Assembly: GCA_002794465.1 (NCBI GenBank)
Contig: MTSL01000077.1
Span: 6,090-17,038 of the forward strand
DNA from: Paramicrosporidium saccamoebae KSL3
Taxonomy: Eukaryota > Fungi > Cryptomycota
Length of the DNA: 10,949 nt
Direction: 5' to 3'
The notes under the pieces are model-generated. The model was given only the letters and a program-made list of their open reading frames with translations. It had not been told where the DNA came from and made no database searches. Shown piece by piece: positions 7,184-10,949 of this stretch. The translations under genes and the position numbers were made by a program. Positions within the stretch are counted from its first letter, which is position 1. Every line of letters begins with the position of its first letter.

Positions 7184-8395
7184 TCACTTTACTGCAGCGA
7201 AGGGTGGCGTTCTGTATACAAAAGCTCTCCTATAAAGACATTTTCTTATTGCTCTCAACGGCCCAATCCGCCCATCTCCTCCATCCTTTTTGCTGCCTCC
7301 TACAATCATCAGACGACAATATTTCAATGCTACAATGTGCTCTTTGAGAATTGCAATTTCAGATCGGAACACGGCCTCCTGCTGTTGACAAGTCAGCAAG
7401 CTGGCCCTTGTTGTATTCAATTCCGCGGTGCATCGGCTCAATTCCTCGCGAGTCTGTTCGTTTGTTGCTCGTGACATTTCCAATTCTATTGTCAAAGCTT
7501 TTAGTCTTCCCTCCAGCTCCCCAGTCCTCTCTTGCAGTTTCACCAGCTCTGCTGTCCGCTCAATCAGCTCTTTTAGCTCTCGTCCCGTCGTCACCTCTGC
7601 AGGCCGTTCCTTGTGCAGTGCATTGTGTTGATCCTCATATTTTCGGTATTGTTCGATTCGACACTCTGCCGTATGCAGTTTCTCTTCCAGTAGTCGAAAG
7701 TTGTGTGTGGATTCACGCAGCACTTCGTTTTCGTGTTGAAGACGACGGTTGGACACTTCCAACTTGTGCAGTCGCCCCAGAGTCTCTGGATCCAATGCGG
7801 CACGCTGTTCGTTGGGAGTGATCAGAGATTGCTTAGAATGGAGTTGGTCCCGATGCAGCTGCAAGTCTAAAACTGCTTGCTCCTTTGACTTGAGCTGTTG
7901 ATCTTTGATTGCAATGCTCTCTATAAGGGATTCCTTTTCATTCTGAAATTGCGCTCTGCAAGAGTCCCTTTCAGTTGTCACACTCTGTAGATCACGCGTC
8001 AACTTTTTCTTTTCCCTTTCCACGTCAAAGAACACTTCTTTCAGCTCACTAATTTGTTTCCGCTCCTCCAACAATTGACCCTTTATCGCAGTCAGTTCAT
8101 TCTGAAGGTTTGTCCTCGTTTCTTCACAGTTTTTGCGCAGTTCAGCTTCGGATTCATGCAAAAATTTGCGATCCTTTTCCAATTCGACAATTCGAATGTC
8201 CTTTCCGGCAAGCGACTTTTCGGTGCGAGCGCGTTCATTCACAAGCTGTGTCTGCAGTCTCTCCAGTTCAATTCGAAGAGTGGATAGTTCCTGTCGTGCC
8301 TTGCGTACCTCAGAGGGATGAATAGGACTGGAGGAGAGACTGCCGATATTAGGGCGTTTTGTGGCAGGCGACGACAGGGCCGAATTTCCAGTCAT
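7184..8395 (-). CDS. MAD1: Coiled-coil protein resembling the N-terminal ~60% of spindle checkpoint protein Mad1 (ends at 7255 if a 34-nt intron is spliced)
   Basis: Heptad-rich E/K/R/L sequence. Segments resemble fungal Mad1 from memory and in the expected order: ELEKDRKFLHESE; LEVSNRRLQHENEVLRE...RLLEEKL; ELVKLQERTGELE; QEAVFRSEIAILKEHI. The ORF is secure; the Mad1 identity is about 0.6. Confidence 0.62.
   Translation of the reverse strand: MTGNSALSSPATKRPNIGSLSSSPIHPSEVRKARQELSTLRIELERLQTQLVNERARTEKSLAGKDIRIVELEKDRKFLHESEAELRKNCEETRTNLQNELTAIKGQLLEERKQISELKEVFFDVEREKKKLTRDLQSVTTERDSCRAQFQNEKESLIESIAIKDQQLKSKEQAVLDLQLHRDQLHSKQSLITPNEQRAALDPETLGRLHKLEVSNRRLQHENEVLRESTHNFRLLEEKLHTAECRIEQYRKYEDQHNALHKERPAEVTTGRELKELIERTAELVKLQERTGELEGRLKALTIELEMSRATNEQTREELSRCTAELNTTRASLLTCQQQEAVFRSEIAILKEHIVALKYCRLMIVGGSKKDGGDGRIGPLRAIRKCLYRRAFVYRTPPFAAVK
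7300..7333 (-). other. Candidate 34-nt phase-0 GT-AG intron in the Mad1-like gene
   Basis: Minus strand GTAGCATTGAAATATTGTCGTCTGATGATTGTAG has a CTGAT branch-like motif. Coiled-coil character stops here in the unspliced frame. Splicing gives EHI|EAAKRMEEMGGLGR* with the stop at 7255-7257. Confidence 0.45.
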
Positions 8396-8823
8396 AAAAG
8401 GGCTCTAGTCATGAGTGATGGGGGATAAAAATACCAAAGGAGACTCTGTTTGCTCCACAACACTGTTGGACGACTCATGGCGAGCCGTCAGGGAAAATGT
8501 GGGCCGCTTCATGTGTCCAATAGGGGATCCCTTGTACACAAGGGGCTCTATAGTGCTGAGGTTTGAATTGAAAGTCATTGTTAAATAGTATCCGCTTATG
8601 GTCAATGGTTCCAATCCATACTTTACATGATTTAAAGGGGACATCTCTGCTCTGCTCTGTGCTCCGGGCTCTGGGCGCTGGGTTCTCGGTTCACAGTAAT
8701 GCCTTTAAAAATATTATGGATGCGCAATGGCAGATATGGATCTGATTAATATATCAATTTTAGGATTCTTATCTATTGACTAGTCCCAACAATATGGGCA
8801 GTACCGAGCCTATCCAACAAGAC

Positions 8824-10386
8824 ATGAGTCTCAGCAAGCTCCGCGCTTTAGTGCCCTACCACCTCAGCCAATTGCGTGCCTACAGCAGCGCCAAACGTGT
8901 TCCGCTCTTTATAAACGGACAATTTCTGCAGTCACAGACACAAGAATGGATTCCTGTGCATAATCCCGCCACCCAAGAAGTCTTGTCACTTGTTCCACAG
9001 ACGACACCAGCGGAACTGCAGCAGGCGGCAGAGGCAGCGCAGAAGGCTTTTGAAAGCTGGCGAAAGACAAGCGTAGTGACCAGACAAACAGCAATGTTTA
9101 AATTGCAACAGCTGGTGAAAAGGGAGATGGACCGGATTGCTGCAAATATTACAGAGGAGCTGGGCAAGACAGCAGCGGATGCAAAGGGAGACGTGCTTAG
9201 AGGACTGCAAGTTGTGGAGCACGCCTGCAGCATCCCAACCCTTCAGATGGGTGAACTGTGTGAGGGCGTAGCGACTGATATGGATACTTATTCCATCCGA
9301 CAGCCGCTTGGAGTGGTTGCCGGTATTTGTCCCTTTAACTTTCCCGCAATGATTCCCCTCTGGATGTTCCCCCTGATGATTGCTACTGGAAATACTGCAA
9401 TCATTAAGCCTTCAGAGCGCGATCCAGGCGCAATGATGATCCTTGCCGAGTTGGCAAACGAAGCTGGCATTCCTCCAGGCGTACTGAACATTGTACATGG
9501 AGGCAAGTCCGCCGTTGATTTCATCTGTGATACGCCCATTGTCAAGGCAATCTCCTTTGTGGGATCTGACAAGGTGGGAAAGTACATTTATGAGCGTGCC
9601 ACTGCGACGGGCAAACGGGTGCAATCCAACATGGGCGCAAAAAATCACGGCGTCATCATGGCAGATGCTAACAAAAATGCGACATTGAATTCCTTGGTGG
9701 GGGCTGCTTTTGGAGCAGCTGGTCAGCGATGTATGGCTCTCAGTACGGCCATCTTTGTAGGCGAGGCGCAAGAATGGATTCCAGAGCTGGTAGAGAGAGC
9801 CAAAAAGCTCAAAGTCAGTTGTGGCAGACAAAGTGATTCTGATGTGGGTCCGCTATGTACTCCCGAGGCCAAAGAGCGGGTAGAGTCGTTGATTCAATCC
9901 GGAATTGATGAAGGCGCTACAGTGATCCTCGACGGACGCGGATGTCGTCCCAATGGCTTTGAAGATGGCAATTTCGTTGCTCCCACCATCTTGACCAACG
10001 TTACAGCCTCAATGAAGTGCTACAAGGAGGAAATCTTTGGGCCAGTGCTCCTGTGTATCAATGTGCCTACTCTTGACGACGCTCTCCATGTTATCAACTC
10101 CAATCCCTACGGCAACGGCACTGCCATTTTTACCAATTCTGGTCCCGTTGCGCGCAAGTTCCAAAGCGAAGTGGACGCTGGCCAAGTTGGTATTAATGTG
10201 CCCATCCCCGTCCCCCTCCCCATGTTCTCTTTCACCGGCTCGCGAGGTTCTATCCGCGGCGATTTAAACTTTTACGGGAAAACTGGCGTGCAATTTTACA
10301 CGCAAATCAAGACTATTACTGCATTGTGGAGGGCTGATGATGCCAAAGATGTCAAGGCCACTGTGAATATGCCCACTCTGCACTGA
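8824..10386 (+). CDS. ALDH6A1: Methylmalonate-semialdehyde dehydrogenase (CoA-acylating), mitochondrial; ALDH6 family
   Basis: ALDH motifs [36 protein letters not shown]-type NMGAKNH, catalytic Cys in [18 protein letters not shown] and [12 protein letters not shown]. From ATG 8824 the N-terminus [22 protein letters not shown] is an acid-free presequence with an R-x-Y|S cleavage pattern. An in-frame upstream ATG exists at 8794. Confidence 0.96.
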   Translation: MSLSKLRALVPYHLSQLRAYSSAKRVPLFINGQFLQSQTQEWIPVHNPATQEVLSLVPQTTPAELQQAAEAAQKAFESWRKTSVVTRQTAMFKLQQLVKREMDRIAANITEELGKTAADAKGDVLRGLQVVEHACSIPTLQMGELCEGVATDMDTYSIRQPLGVVAGICPFNFPAMIPLWMFPLMIATGNTAIIKPSERDPGAMMILAELANEAGIPPGVLNIVHGGKSAVDFICDTPIVKAISFVGSDKVGKYIYERATATGKRVQSNMGAKNHGVIMADANKNATLNSLVGAAFGAAGQRCMALSTAIFVGEAQEWIPELVERAKKLKVSCGRQSDSDVGPLCTPEAKERVESLIQSGIDEGATVILDGRGCRPNGFEDGNFVAPTILTNVTASMKCYKEEIFGPVLLCINVPTLDDALHVINSNPYGNGTAIFTNSGPVARKFQSEVDAGQVGINVPIPVPLPMFSFTGSRGSIRGDLNFYGKTGVQFYTQIKTITALWRADDAKDVKATVNMPTLH

Positions 10387-10417
10387 TCATTTGATCTGTT
10401 TATAGTAAAGAATAATG

Positions 10418-10665
10418 GAGTTTGATCCGTGTTATAGTTGTTGGATTTGTAATACTAACTAAAGAGTTGAACCATGACATGTATTTGTAAGATTATAATA
10501 AAAACTAAAGAGTTGAATCCGTGTTATAGTTGTCGGATTTGTAATACTAACTAAAGAGTTGGATCCGTGACATATTTATAAGGTTGTGGTAAAAAATAAA
10601 GAGTTTGGCCGTGACCTGTTCATGAGATTTACAGTAAAACTAACAAGTTGGACCCACTATATCTT
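10418..10665. repeat. AT-rich ~46-bp tandem repeat with alternating unit types (92-bp higher-order period)
   Basis: Units start at 10418, 10464, 10510, 10556, 10601 and 10645 (lengths 46, 46, 46, 45, 44, partial). Units 1 and 3 are 43/46 identical; units 2, 4 and 5 share CC(A/G)TGAC. Confidence 0.9.
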
Positions 10666-10748
10666 CATGAGATACCTTTCCGCACTCTCTTTCTATTTCG
10701 CTCTTAGAATTCAAAGTCAGCCTTACGCCTGCTTTAAACGGCCCGTCT

Positions 10749-10907
10749 TTACGAGATAGCGGACAAAAGATGACGCCGACCGAGAATCATACCACAGACG
10801 AGGGCCATAAAGCCAAGAAACTTGTACAATGCCTGGTTGCAAAGATTTCTTTCTTCTTCCTCACTGCGGAATTCCCGGAATATTCTGCGAAAGTTGGGGA
10901 ATAGCAT
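10749..10907 (-). CDS. Candidate 52-aa single-TM small protein (below the ORF-track cutoff; could be the last exon of a gene beyond the window)
   Basis: My translation: MLFPNFRRIFREFRSEEEERNLCNQALYKFLGFMALVCGMILGRRHLLSAIS*. Charged N-half, hydrophobic segment, basic residues after it. A CATAG acceptor-like site lies 9 nt upstream of the ATG. Confidence 0.45.
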   Translation of the reverse strand: MLFPNFRRIFREFRSEEEERNLCNQALYKFLGFMALVCGMILGRRHLLSAIS

Positions 10908-10949
10908 CGTCAAAAGCTATGGTCTTTGATAATCAAAAATAATTATCCA

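Noticed and set aside
8645-8690. (GCTCT)-like low-complexity tract in the Mad1/MMSDH divergent spacer
   Set aside because: Too short and degenerate to assign a function from sequence alone.
8696-8763. GTAATG...TTTTAG intron upstream of MMSDH
   Set aside because: The only in-frame upstream ATG (8627) hits TAA after two codons. A 5' UTR intron remains possible but is unsupported.
7351-10267. Short ORFs antisense to or nested in the Mad1-like gene and MMSDH
   Set aside because: Expected by-products of long coding frames; no independent motifs.
10418-10665. CRISPR array
   Set aside because: The would-be spacers are not unique (unit 1 = unit 3), the context is eukaryotic and there are no cas genes.

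Overview
Eukaryotic, gene-dense, nearly intron-free DNA, probably from a compact-genome fungus or fungal relative (inference). Left half (1-5600) is accessory: a tandem array of a ~2.3-2.4 kb unit carrying two head-to-head genes for uncharacterised membrane proteins, here called A (minus strand, ~242 aa, many TM segments) and B (plus strand, 213 aa). A1 has a 1-nt frameshift, A2, B1 and B2 look intact, A3 is a pseudogene, and B3 is missing, with a hairpin and minisatellite in its place. Right half: an orphan 508-aa protein with a signal peptide, a convergent Mad1-like coiled-coil gene that appears to lack its C-terminal third, a clear methylmalonate-semialdehyde dehydrogenase (ALDH6A1 family) with a mitochondrial presequence, a 46-bp alternating tandem repeat, and a 52-aa single-TM small ORF absent from the ORF track. 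All alignments and counts were done by eye; no database search was run.
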